Shown here piece by piece: positions 20,699 through 30,656 of a stretch of DNA of 64,000 nt. The notes under the pieces were generated by a model. It did not search any database. It had not been told where the DNA came from and saw nothing but the letters and a program-made list of their open reading frames with translations. Position 1 is the first letter of the stretch. Each line of letters starts with the position of its first letter. Source of the stretch: an uncultured Chloroflexia bacterium (GTDB taxonomy: Bacteria; Chloroflexota; Limnocylindria; QHBO01); the NCBI GenBank assembly GCA_963771155.1, contig CAVYSK010000007.1:249404-313403 (forward strand), in the 5' to 3' direction. The position numbers were made by a program, and so were the translations under genes.

Positions 20699-22367
20699 GT
20701 CAGGGCCTCCGGCGAGAGCTCGAGGATCGCGGCCGCCTCGCGGTCGCTGACGCCGAAGCGGCGGAGGGCGTGGCGCAGGAGCTGGTTGCCGACCTCACGC
20801 TCGGCCACGACGATCCGGGCCACTCCCAGCCGGCGCAGCTCGCCCTCCTCCGCCTCCGAGTGCGCGCGGGCGACGATCTCCGCCCGCGGGTTGCGCGTCC
20901 TGGCGTAGGCGACCGCCTGCCGCGTCGCGAGCGCATCGGGGATGGCGACGATCATCGCGTGGCAATGCTCGACGCCGGCGCGGTCGAGCACGGAGGGCGC
21001 CCCGGCCTCGCCGTAGATCACCCGGCCGCCGGCCTGGCGACCCTCGCGGGCCACGTCGTAGTCGCCCTCGACCGCCACCCACGCGAAGCCGCGGGACTCG
21101 AGGACCCGCGGCGACCGCCCGTCCGACCCGCCCGTATCCGAGGATGACCGCGTGACGGCGAAGGTCGCCAGGCCGGGCGTCGTCGTCGCTCTCCGCTTCC
21201 ATCCCGGCGATGTCGTCGAGGCGCGTGCCGAGCCAGCGAGCCGCCGGCCAGCAACGGCTCCGCGGTGAGGATCGAGATCACGACGGCGCCCATGGCCAGG
21301 CTGAACGTCTCGGGCCGCACCGCCGCCAGCGACAGGCCGGCCGAGGCGAGGACGAAGCTGAACTCGCCGCTCTGGCCGACGAGCGCACCCGCACGGACGG
21401 CGGACGACGGCACCTGGCCGTCGAGCCGGGCCAGGGTGGCGACCGGGATCGCCTTGCCAAGGGTGATGATCAGCAGCAGCGCGAGCACCACCGGCCAGGC
21501 CTCGATGATCGCGGCCGGGTCGAGCAGGATGCCGATCGAGACGAAGAAGAACGTGCTGAACAGCTCGCGCAGCGGAACGATCTCGCCGAGCACGCTCGCG
21601 GTGAGGTCGGAGTCCGACAGCGCCAGCCCGGCGACGAATGCGCCGAGCGCGACGCTGACGCCGAGCGCGCTGGCCGCGAAGGCCGTGCCGATCGAGATCA
21701 GGGCCACGCTGATGACGAACAGCTCGCGCGAGCGCAGGCCGGCGACCATCCCGAGCAGGCGGGGGAGCACGCGCGAGCCGGCAACGACCACGACCGCGAC
21801 GAAGCCCAGAGCGATCCCCGCGGTGACCGCGGCCGACAGCGGCGTGGCGTCCTCCCCGCCCGCAATCGCGGTCAGCCCGACCACGAGCACGATCGTGACG
21901 ACGTCCTGGACGATCGAGACTCCGAGCGCGGCGCGGCCATAGGCGGTGGTGTGCAGCGCCGCCTCGCCGGCGACCTTCACCAGCACCACGGTCGAGCAGA
22001 CCGACACCGCGGCGCCGATGAACAGCGCCTCGGTCAGGTCCCATCCCAGCGCCAGGCCGGTGCCGGTGCCGAGCGCCATGGTGATCGCGACCTGGATCGG
22101 CGTGCCCAGCAGGATCCGGGCGCCGATCGATCGGATCTCGTGGAGGCTGAACTGGAGGCCGATGCTGAACATCAGCAGCGCCACGCCGATGTCGGCCAGC
22201 GCGAGGACCTCCTCCCGATCCGCCGTCGGGCCGGGAGTGGCCGGCCCGACCACGAGCCCGGCAACGATGTAGCCGATCATCGGGGGCAGGCCCAGCCGAT
22301 GCGCCAGCGCGCCGAGCGCCAGGGCGGCCGCGAGCGCGACCAGCAGCGTCAGGCCCAGGCTCTCCAT
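20603..22367 (-). CDS. Kef-type monovalent cation:proton antiporter (CPA2) with C-terminal TrkA-N/KTN domain; frameshifts near 21090 and 21180; 3' end uncertain
   Basis: ORF 21018..22367 is the membrane domain. ORF 20795..21202 has the Rossmann motif HAVILGYGRVGRAV. The rest of the KTN domain (VIYGEAGAPSVLDRAGVEHCHAMIVAI...) lies in the frame of the long 18067..22044 ORF. Confidence 0.6.
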
Positions 22368-22552
22368 CGGTCCCTCGAGGCGGTGAGCGCGATCATACCG
22401 GCCGAGACCCGTGGGCTAGACTGGCGCCGAAGTCCGCCGGCCGAGGCGGTCAGGGTCCAGCCGGACCCGTAGCCGCGGCGCCGAGGTGGAGGCTGCGCCG
22501 CGTGGCCTCTTGCGGCATCACCCCACCGAGGAGCGCGTCGGCCGTGGATCAC

Positions 22553-23812
22553 ATGACCCAGGTGCTGTTCCAGCTCTTCGCCATCCTGCTGGCCGCGAAG
22601 ATCGGCAACGAGATCTTCCGGCGCCTCGGCCAGCCGACCGTGGTCGGGGAGATCCTGGGCGGCGTGGTCGCGGGGCCGGCTGTGCTGGGCGTGTACGAGG
22701 TCAACGCCGAGACCGAGCTGTTCGCCGAGATCGGCGTCGTGCTGCTGCTCTTCCAGGTCGGCGTCGAGACGCGGCTCCACGATCTCCTGCGGGTCGGCAC
22801 CACGGCGCTTGCGGTCGGCGTCCTCGGCGTGCTCCTTCCGTTCGGCGCCGGGTTCCTGGCCGCCGAGCTGGCCGGGGGCGACCTGGCGCAGGCGATCTTC
22901 CTCGCCGCCGCGCTGACGGCCACCAGCGTCGGGATCACCTCGAACGTGCTGCGAGACCTCGGCGCGCTGTCGACGCGCAGCGGTCGGATCATCCTCGGTG
23001 CCGCCGTCATCGACGACGTGCTCGCGATCATGATCCTGTCCGTCGCAACAGGTGTCGCGGCGGGCAGCTTCTCGCCCGAGAGCCTGCTGGTCCTGCTCGG
23101 CGTGGCGGGCCTGTTCATCGCCGTCGTCGTCATCGGCGGGACCCGCATCCTTGCGCGGCGTCGGTCGCTGCTGACCGACCCGGAGTTCGCCGAGACCCCG
23201 TTCCTGCCGGGGATGATCATCATGCTCGGGCTGGCCGCGCTGGCGTCCTACATCGGCCTGGCGGCGATCATCGGCGCCTTCCTGGCTGGCATGGTCGTCG
23301 GCGAGTCGAGCGAGCGACATGCGCTCGAGGCAGAGGTCGCACCCGTGGCGGCGTTCTTCACGCCGTTCTTCTTCGGCTTCATCGGCGCGCAGGTGGATCT
23401 CGCGGGACTCGCCAACCTCGACGCGCTGCTCCTGCTGGCCGGCATCACGGCGCTGGCGATCGGCTCGAAGTTCATCGGCGCATTCCTCGGCGCCATCAGG
23501 CAGGGACGGGCTCGCGCCGTGCTCGTCGGCTGGGGCATGGTGCCGCGGGGCGAGGTCGGGATCGTGGTCGCGGGACTCGGGCTGACCGCCGGAGCGATCG
23601 GCTCGGAGATCTACACCGTCGTGGTGGGTATGGCGATCATCACCACCCTCGTGGTTCCTCCGTTCCTGCCCGCGCTCGTCCGCGCGGCAGAGGGCTCGAA
23701 TGTGGCGTCAGCAGATTCGGACGGCCCAGCCGCCGGGATCGAGGACGACGACGGGATCATCGAGAGCTCGCGGCACGCCGGTCGCCACGACGAGCATCAC
23801 GACCGCACGTAG
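22553..23812 (+). CDS. cation:proton antiporter (CPA family, Na+/H+ exchanger-like)
   Basis: MTQVLFQLFAILLAAKIGNEIFRRLGQPTVVGEILGGVVAGP.. and about 12 TM segments. It is divergent from the kef-like gene. Confidence 0.8.
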   Translation: MTQVLFQLFAILLAAKIGNEIFRRLGQPTVVGEILGGVVAGPAVLGVYEVNAETELFAEIGVVLLLFQVGVETRLHDLLRVGTTALAVGVLGVLLPFGAGFLAAELAGGDLAQAIFLAAALTATSVGITSNVLRDLGALSTRSGRIILGAAVIDDVLAIMILSVATGVAAGSFSPESLLVLLGVAGLFIAVVVIGGTRILARRRSLLTDPEFAETPFLPGMIIMLGLAALASYIGLAAIIGAFLAGMVVGESSERHALEAEVAPVAAFFTPFFFGFIGAQVDLAGLANLDALLLLAGITALAIGSKFIGAFLGAIRQGRARAVLVGWGMVPRGEVGIVVAGLGLTAGAIGSEIYTVVVGMAIITTLVVPPFLPALVRAAEGSNVASADSDGPAAGIEDDDGIIESSRHAGRHDEHHDRT

Positions 23813-23828
23813 CCGTGTGGGAGAAGAA

Positions 23829-23859
23829 ACGCCCCTCGCCGGCGGACCGGGAGGGGCGT
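23829..23859. terminator. bidirectional terminator hairpin between convergent genes
   Basis: ACGCCCCTC..13 nt..GAGGGGCGT, with an A-rich left flank (GAGAAGAAA), which is T-rich on the minus strand. Confidence 0.45.
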
Positions 23860-23889
23860 CAGTGTCGCGTCAGGACGCGCCGGCGATGA

Positions 23890-25482
23890 TCAGGCCGCAG
23901 GCTCAGGCTGTGCTGTCACCGGCTCGGGGCGTTCCACGGGGAAGATCTTGCTGAGGACCCAGTAGAGGACGAAGGACACCAGCAGGCCGACGATCCAGCT
24001 GTAGTCGTACAACGGCTGGAAGAGCGGAATGATCCCGTCGACCGGGAACGGTCCGGCGCCACCCTCGGCGGTATACGCGCCGCCGACGGCCAGCAGGCCG
24101 CCGGTCAGCAGCGCCACCACGCCCCGCCAGTTCCAGCCGCCGGAGTACCGGTACGCGCCATCGGATCGGTACAGGTCGGCCAGCTTCAGCTGCGTGCCGC
24201 GGATGAGCCAGTAGTCGGCGATCAGCACGCCGGCGATGGCGCCCAACGCCCCGCCGTAGAAGCCCAGCCAGGTGAAGATGTACACCGCCGGGTCACTGAT
24301 GAGGTACCACGGCTGGATCAGTACGCCGATGACCGCGGTGATGAGGCCGCCGGTCCGGAAGCTGATCCGCTTCGGCCACGCGTTGCTGAAGTCGTAGGAC
24401 GGGCTGACCAGATTGGCCGCCACGTTCGTGGTGAGGGTCGCGAGCACGACCGCGAAGAGCGCGATGACCACCACGAGCGCGTTGTCGAAGGTTGCGACCA
24501 GGGCCACCGGATCGGTGATCGCGTCGCCGTACACGACCACGGTCGCGGACGCGGTGATGACGGCGAGGACCGCAAAGAGGGTCATCGTCGTCGGCAGGCC
24601 GAGGGCCTGCCCGACCGCCTGGTCGCGCTGGCTCCGCCCGAACCGGGTGAAGTCCGGCATGTTCAGGCTCAGCGTCGACCAGAACGCGATCATCCCCATC
24701 AGGCTCGGGAAGAACAGGGCCCAGAAGTCGCCCGTCCAACCGCCGAACGCGTTTGCCTGGGTGAGGATCGGCCCGAAGCCGCCGGCCTGGATGACCATCC
24801 AGACCGTGAGGAGCACGGAGATGCCGATGAGGAATGGAGCCGACCAGTTCTCGAAGACGCGGAGCGTCTCCATCCCACGCCAGATGATGATCAGGTTCAT
24901 GGCCCAGAAGATCGCGAAGCTCAGCCACAGCGTCCAGGGCTGCGGATCGCCGAAGCCGATGCCGATCGTGGAGGCCGTCACCCACCACGAGTCCTCGCCA
25001 AGGATCGCTCCGACCAGGAAGAAGATGGCTCCGCCGCCGATCCAGGTCTGGATCCCGAACCAGCCACACGCGACAAACGCGCGCAGCAGCGCCGCGAGGT
25101 TGGCGCCGATGACGCCGAACGAGGCTCGTGCGAAGACCGGGAACGGAATGCCGTACTTCGTGCCGGCGTGGCTGTTCAGGATCATCGGAATCAGCACGAT
25201 GATGTTGGCCAACGCGATCGTGAAGACCGCCTGGACCCAGTCCATCCCGAGGAAGATGAGCCCGGCGGCCAGCGTCCAGCTCGGGATGTTGATCGCCATG
25301 CCGATCCAGAGCGCCATGTACGAGTAGGTCGTCCAGGTTCGGTTGCCAACAGGGACCGGGGCCAGATCCTCGTTGTAGAGGCCGCTCTCGGCCACGCTGG
25401 CCTGGGCCTGTGATGTGAGTTCGTGCCGCCCGTCGTCGTGAACGGTCACCTCGTGGGACGCAGCTGTCATGGATGCCTCCAT
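23890..25482 (-). CDS. NCS1 family nucleobase:cation symporter (cytosine/uracil/hydantoin/allantoin permease-like)
   Basis: 530 aa, 12 TM segments, NCS1-like segments (GIPFPVFARASFG, NLVSPSYDFSN). Confidence 0.8.
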   Translation of the reverse strand: MEASMTAASHEVTVHDDGRHELTSQAQASVAESGLYNEDLAPVPVGNRTWTTYSYMALWIGMAINIPSWTLAAGLIFLGMDWVQAVFTIALANIIVLIPMILNSHAGTKYGIPFPVFARASFGVIGANLAALLRAFVACGWFGIQTWIGGGAIFFLVGAILGEDSWWVTASTIGIGFGDPQPWTLWLSFAIFWAMNLIIIWRGMETLRVFENWSAPFLIGISVLLTVWMVIQAGGFGPILTQANAFGGWTGDFWALFFPSLMGMIAFWSTLSLNMPDFTRFGRSQRDQAVGQALGLPTTMTLFAVLAVITASATVVVYGDAITDPVALVATFDNALVVVIALFAVVLATLTTNVAANLVSPSYDFSNAWPKRISFRTGGLITAVIGVLIQPWYLISDPAVYIFTWLGFYGGALGAIAGVLIADYWLIRGTQLKLADLYRSDGAYRYSGGWNWRGVVALLTGGLLAVGGAYTAEGGAGPFPVDGIIPLFQPLYDYSWIVGLLVSFVLYWVLSKIFPVERPEPVTAQPEPAA

Positions 25483-25608
25483 CTACCCTCCCCAGACCGA
25501 ACCGCACCCCCAAGTTCCGCCCATAGGTATACCGCGTCGGCGCAAGCCCAGAGCGGGTCTCGAGAGGGCGGCCGGAACCCGATCACCTGTTGCGCGGAAC
25601 GGCCGGGA

Positions 25609-26943
25609 TCAGGCGACGGCGGCGTCGGTGATCTCGAGCGCGCGATCGATGATCGCGAATCCCTCGGCCAGCTCGTCTTCGCTGATGATCAGCGGCGGGT
25701 TGGTGAAGAACGAGTTCCATCGCACGAACGTGTACAGCCCTTCCTGGCGGAACCGCTTTCCGAGCGCGGCCATCTCGTCCGAGGTGCCGTTGAATGGCGC
25801 CATCGGCTCCATGGTCTCGCGATTGCGGACGAGCTCGACGATCCCGAACAGGCCGATGCTCCGCACCGCGCCCACACTCGGATGCTTCGCGGCGAGCTGC
25901 TCGTGGTGGCCGCGCATCACCTCGCCCATGCGGGTCGCTCGCTCGAGGAGGCCCTCGTCCTCGTAGACCTGGATCGTCGCGAGCGCCGTGGCGCACGCCA
26001 GCGGGTGCGAGTTGTATGTCAGGCCGCCGTAGAAGACGTTGTTCTCGAAGTGCTCGGCGTACTTCCGCCGCATGCCGAGAGCGCCGAGCTGGACGTATGC
26101 GCTGGTCAGGCCCTTGGCCATGGTGATGAGGTCGGGGACCACGTTCCAGTGGTCGATCGCGAACCACTTCCCGGTGCGGCCGAAGCCGGCCATCACCTCG
26201 TCGGCGATCATGAGGATTCCGTATCGGTCGCAGATCTCACGGACTCCCTGGATGTATCCGTCGGGCGGGACCAGGATGCCGTTCGTGCCGGTCACGGTCT
26301 CGAGGATGAAGGCGGCGATGGTGTTCGGGCCCTCGAGCTGGATCGTCTCCTCCAGGTTCGCGAGCGCCTCGTCCGCCGTGTCCCACCCGCGCTGGATGCC
26401 GTGATACGGGTCCATCACCCGGATCACGCCGGGGATGCCGGGCTCCGCCGCCCAGCGACGCGGGTCTCCTGTGAGCGAGATCGCGCCCGCGGTTCCGCCG
26501 TGGTACGAGCGATACCGCGCCAGGATCTTGTGTCGGCCGGTGACGAATCGGGCCAGCTTGATGGCGTTCTCGTTCGCCTCGGCTCCGCCGTTCGTGAAGA
26601 AGAACGTGTCGATGTCGCCGGGCGTGATCTCGGCGAGCTTCTGGCCCAGGCGCGCCCGCGGCTCGGTGGCCATGAAGGGATTCGCGTAGGCCAGCGTCTC
26701 GGCCTGGCGCTGGATGGCCTCGATCACCTTCGGATGCCCGTGGCCGATGTTCGTGCACATCAGCTGGGAGTTGAAGTCCAGGAAGCGCTTGCCCTCGGGC
26801 GTCCAGAAGTAGCAGCCCTTGGCGCCGGCCACCGGGATCGGGTCGACCTTGCTCTGCGCCGACCATTCGAACAGCGTGTGACGCTTCGTGATGGCCACGA
26901 TCTCGTCGCCGGTCATGGTTCCGTGCTCGGTGTCGATCGCCAT
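25609..26943 (-). CDS. class III aminotransferase (omega-amino acid / beta-alanine-pyruvate transaminase-like)
   Basis: MAIDTEHGTM..., SYHGGTAGAISLTG, IADEVMAGFGRTGKWFA (PLP lysine region). Confidence 0.8.
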   Translation of the reverse strand: MAIDTEHGTMTGDEIVAITKRHTLFEWSAQSKVDPIPVAGAKGCYFWTPEGKRFLDFNSQLMCTNIGHGHPKVIEAIQRQAETLAYANPFMATEPRARLGQKLAEITPGDIDTFFFTNGGAEANENAIKLARFVTGRHKILARYRSYHGGTAGAISLTGDPRRWAAEPGIPGVIRVMDPYHGIQRGWDTADEALANLEETIQLEGPNTIAAFILETVTGTNGILVPPDGYIQGVREICDRYGILMIADEVMAGFGRTGKWFAIDHWNVVPDLITMAKGLTSAYVQLGALGMRRKYAEHFENNVFYGGLTYNSHPLACATALATIQVYEDEGLLERATRMGEVMRGHHEQLAAKHPSVGAVRSIGLFGIVELVRNRETMEPMAPFNGTSDEMAALGKRFRQEGLYTFVRWNSFFTNPPLIISEDELAEGFAIIDRALEITDAAVA

Positions 26944-27089
26944 CTGGTTCGTCCGCCTCTCGCGCTCTCTCTCGGGAGGCCGATTACACCATAGGCGGCA
27001 ACCGAGGCGGTTCGGACCCACCGACAGAGCGGCGGGTGCTGGCTGCCGGCGCTCGCGGCATCGGCGCAGGCGGCGTAGCCTCACGGCAC

Positions 27090-28826
27090 ATGGGCAGCAC
27101 TGCGCGGACGAGCCGCCTCACGCGCTGGGTACCGGGCGTGCGTCTCATCGCAACCTATCGCCCGTCCTGGCTGCAGCACGACCTGACCGCCGGGCTCGTC
27201 CTCACGGCTCTGCTCCTGCCGCAGGGCATGGCGTACGCCGAGCTCGCTGGGTTGCCCGCCGTGACGGGGCTGTACGCGACGATGCTGCCGCTGCTCGCCT
27301 ACTTTGTCTTCGGGCCGTCGCGCATCCTCGTGCTCGGACCCGACTCGGCGGTGTCGCCGGTCGTGGCGGCGGCGATCATCCCCATTGCCGGGGCGAGTGC
27401 TGCCGCGCGGATGGAGACGGCGGCCCTGCTGGCGCTGATGGTCGGTGGGATCCTCGCGCTCGCCGCGGTGCTCCGCCTCGGCTTCGTCACTGACCTGATC
27501 TCGAAGCCAGTGCGCATCGGGTACCTGGCCGGCATCGCACTTACCGTGTTCGTCACTCAGCTGCCGAAGGTGCTCGGCATCCCGGTGTCCGCCGAGAGCT
27601 TCGTCGACGCAGTTCGGGAGCTGATGGGCGCGCTCGACGAGACGGATCCGATCACGCTCGCAATCGGCGCCGGCTGCCTGGTCGTGATCCTCGGCGTCCG
27701 GCGCATGGCGCCCAGGTGGCCCGGAGTGTTCTTCGCCGTGGTGGGAGCGACGGTGTTCGTCGCCGTCCTCGGCCTCGCCGACGACGTCGCGGTGGTTGGT
27801 CCGCTTCCGCAGGGCCTGCCAGCTCTGGCGCTGCCGAGCATGTCCGTCCCCGACGTTGGGGCGCTGACCCTATCCGCCTTCGCCGTCGCGCTCGTCGCCT
27901 TCGCGGACACCAGCGTGCTCTCACGCAGCTATGCCACGAAGCTTCATCAGCGCGTGGACCAGGACCAGGAGCTCTTCGCGCTCGGTGCGGCGAACGTTGC
28001 CGCCGGGCTCTTCCAGGGCTTCCCGCTCTCCAGCAGCTCGTCCCGGACACCGGTGGCCGAGGCCGCCGGTTCGCGCACCCAGCTGACCGGCGTGATTGCC
28101 GCCGGCGCCCTGGCCATCGTGCTCGTCGTGGGCGCTGGCCTGACCGAGAACCTGCCGCAGGCGGCCCTCGCCGCCGTGGTCATCACGGCCGTCATCGGCC
28201 TCGTCGACCTTCCCGCTCTCCGATGGCTCGCACGCGTCAACCGCGTCGACTTCGCGCTGGCGGTCGTCGCGTTCCTTGGCGTCGTCGCGTTCGGCGTCCT
28301 CCCTGGGATCGGCATCGCCATCGGACTGTCGATGCTCGCGTTCCTGTGGCGGTCGTGGCACCCGTATGACGCAGTGCTCGGCCGGGTGGCCGGACGCAAG
28401 GGCTACCACGACGTGCAGCGGCATCCGGACGCGGCACTCGTGCCCGGCCTCGTCCTCTACCGGTTCGACGCGCCGCTCTTCTTCGCGAACGCCGGTGTCT
28501 TCCAGGAGAAGCTCTTGCGCGCCGTGGGAGAGGCTCCGCAGCCGGTGCGGAGGGTGGTCGTAGCCGCCGAGCCGATCACGGACGTCGACACGACTGCGGC
28601 AGACATGCTGATCGAGGTTGCCCGCGAGCTCGAGGAGGGCGGTGTCGAGCTCGGCTTCGCGGAGATGAAGGGCCCAGCCAAGGACAAGCTCGACGCCTAC
28701 GGCCTGTTGAGCCTCATCGGCGAGGGCCGGTTCTACTCGACCGTCGGCGGGGCCGTCCACGCCTACGTGGACGAGTACGGCGTTGAGTGGCGTGACTGGG
28801 AGGACCAGGGGGACGCCGCGGATTGA
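27090..28826 (+). CDS. SulP family anion transporter with C-terminal STAS domain
   Basis: TAGLVLTALLLPQGMAYAELAGLP..., multiple TM segments, and a C-terminal STAS (VLYRFDAPLFFANAGVF...VELGFAEM). Confidence 0.8.
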   Translation: MGSTARTSRLTRWVPGVRLIATYRPSWLQHDLTAGLVLTALLLPQGMAYAELAGLPAVTGLYATMLPLLAYFVFGPSRILVLGPDSAVSPVVAAAIIPIAGASAAARMETAALLALMVGGILALAAVLRLGFVTDLISKPVRIGYLAGIALTVFVTQLPKVLGIPVSAESFVDAVRELMGALDETDPITLAIGAGCLVVILGVRRMAPRWPGVFFAVVGATVFVAVLGLADDVAVVGPLPQGLPALALPSMSVPDVGALTLSAFAVALVAFADTSVLSRSYATKLHQRVDQDQELFALGAANVAAGLFQGFPLSSSSSRTPVAEAAGSRTQLTGVIAAGALAIVLVVGAGLTENLPQAALAAVVITAVIGLVDLPALRWLARVNRVDFALAVVAFLGVVAFGVLPGIGIAIGLSMLAFLWRSWHPYDAVLGRVAGRKGYHDVQRHPDAALVPGLVLYRFDAPLFFANAGVFQEKLLRAVGEAPQPVRRVVVAAEPITDVDTTAADMLIEVARELEEGGVELGFAEMKGPAKDKLDAYGLLSLIGEGRFYSTVGGAVHAYVDEYGVEWRDWEDQGDAAD

Positions 28827-28895
28827 GATCAGCGCCGTCCGCTCGGGCCTCCGCACCCTGCGCACGTGCTTGAGCGACGGGCGTAGCATCGACCC

Positions 28896-29321
28896 ATGGC
28901 CAGCTCCATGTCGGCGACCGGCGGCCGAGCTCAACGGAGCGAGGAGGGGGATGCGCTGTACCGCGTCGTGGTGGCCGTCACCGCGGCCAGCGGCGTGATG
29001 ATCGCGATGTTCGATGCCGTCAATGGCGGGCTCCCGCTCATCGTCGCGCCGACGGTCGCGCTGCTCGTGGCCCTCGCACGGCGGGACGCGGGGTTGGCCG
29101 CGTGGGCCGGGCTGGCCATATGGGTGCTCGTCCTGCCGATGGCGCCGGGGATGGCGATCGTTGCGCCCGCCGCCATGGCAGTCGTCTGCCTCGCATTTGC
29201 CATCGGGCCGGATGAGGTTCTCGACTGGGTCCGTGACGAGTGGATTGGCCGGGAGGACGACGGCGTGACCCGGCCGGCCGGGTGGATCGAGGACGACTCG
29301 TCGGATGGCCGACTGACGTAG
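28896..29321 (+). CDS. hypothetical membrane protein
   Basis: 141 aa, three predicted TM helices and an acidic C-terminus. No known domain recognised. Confidence 0.35.
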   Translation: MASSMSATGGRAQRSEEGDALYRVVVAVTAASGVMIAMFDAVNGGLPLIVAPTVALLVALARRDAGLAAWAGLAIWVLVLPMAPGMAIVAPAAMAVVCLAFAIGPDEVLDWVRDEWIGREDDGVTRPAGWIEDDSSDGRLT

Positions 29322-29378
29322 CGTCGGCCGGGTCACACGCCTGACGACGCAGCGGCGTCTTCCCCGTACAACGGAAGC

Positions 29379-30656
29379 GTGAACAGCTTCCTCATGCGCC
29401 TCAGCGTCCTTCAGCCGCTGCGGAACCGATCGTTCCGCATCGTCTGGCTGGGTGAGACCGTCTCGATGCTGGGCGACCAGTTCTACCTCGTGGCGCTACC
29501 GTGGCTGGCGCTGGCGCTCACCGGCTCCAGCCTGGCGCTCGGCCTGGTGCTGATGGCCGCCGCCATCCCGCGCGCGGCTCTGATGCTCGTGGGCGGCGCG
29601 CTCACCGACCGGTACGACCCGCGCAAGATCATGATCGCGTCGAGTGTCGCCAGGGCAGCGCTGGTCGCCACACTGGCGACGCTCGTCTGGACCGACGCCG
29701 TGCAGCTGTGGCACCTCTACCTGCTCGGCGCTGGCTTCGGCGCCGCCGATGCCTTCTACCAGCCGGCCGCCCTGGCGCTCGTCCCGCGCCTGGTGCCGGA
29801 GGACCGGCTTGAGGCATCGAACGCCCTCGTCATGGGCAGCATGGCGGTGACCGGCATGATCGGGCCTGCCATCGCCGGAGTGGCTATCGCTGCCACGGGA
29901 ACGGCCCTTGGCTTCGGGATCGACGCGATGACGTTCGTCTTCGCGGCGGTCACGCTCCTGCTCATCCGACGCCCGCAGGCGGCGGCAGGTGGTGGTCACG
30001 AGCCGGCCACCGACGGAACCTTCGGGGCTATCAAAGCCGGGTTGCGATATGCGATGGCCGATATGCAGATCCGCACCGTCCTCCTCGCGGTCACGGTGAT
30101 CAACCTCGCCGTGGTCGGGCCGTTCTTCGTCGGACTCCCCGTCCTGGTGGACCGCTTCGACGCCGGTCCGATGGCCTACGGGCTCGTGCTCTCGGCCTTC
30201 GGCGGCGCCGCGCTGGTGGCCGCGATCGCCGCCGGAACCCTGGGCGCGCGGGCTCGAATGTCGGTGGTCATCCCCGCCACCGCGGCCGGACTCGCGTTCG
30301 GCATGATCCTCATCGGCCTGGCGCCGAACGCATGGGCGACCGCGCTGGCCGCGCTTCCGCTGGGCGCGGGCGTCGGGGTGCTCCAGGTCTCGGGCATGGC
30401 GTGGCTGCAGCGACGCAGCGAGCCGGCCTATCTCGGTCGGGTCATGAGCCTGGTGATGTTCGCGGTCATGGGTCTGACCCCGCTGTCCTACGCGATTGCC
30501 GGCGCCGTGGCCGAGTCGGGCCTCACGATCCTCTTCATCGGCGCCGGGATCGGGATGATCCTCCTCGCGGTCGCGACCTCGATCACCCCGGTATGGCGGA
30601 CCGATGCGCCCGCCGGCGCCCCGGCCGTGCCGTCGATGGGCCGGCTGCCCGCCTGA
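29379..30656 (+). CDS. MFS transporter
   Basis: 425 aa, 12 TM segments, motif GGALTDRYDPRK (MFS motif A-like). Confidence 0.8.
   Translation: MNSFLMRLSVLQPLRNRSFRIVWLGETVSMLGDQFYLVALPWLALALTGSSLALGLVLMAAAIPRAALMLVGGALTDRYDPRKIMIASSVARAALVATLATLVWTDAVQLWHLYLLGAGFGAADAFYQPAALALVPRLVPEDRLEASNALVMGSMAVTGMIGPAIAGVAIAATGTALGFGIDAMTFVFAAVTLLLIRRPQAAAGGGHEPATDGTFGAIKAGLRYAMADMQIRTVLLAVTVINLAVVGPFFVGLPVLVDRFDAGPMAYGLVLSAFGGAALVAAIAAGTLGARARMSVVIPATAAGLAFGMILIGLAPNAWATALAALPLGAGVGVLQVSGMAWLQRRSEPAYLGRVMSLVMFAVMGLTPLSYAIAGAVAESGLTILFIGAGIGMILLAVATSITPVWRTDAPAGAPAVPSMGRLPA

Noticed and set aside
18067-22044. A 1325-aa minus-strand ORF, plus other very long ORFs (5618..7693, 5881..8355, 40659..42851, 32071..33657 and 25423..26994).
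   Set aside because: These are typical antisense or out-of-frame open frames in roughly 70% GC DNA. Their products are Arg/Ala/Pro/Gly-rich low-complexity strings. Only limited in-frame segments (e.g. the KTN domain, dihydropyrimidinase, SDR) correspond to real genes, which I annotated separately.
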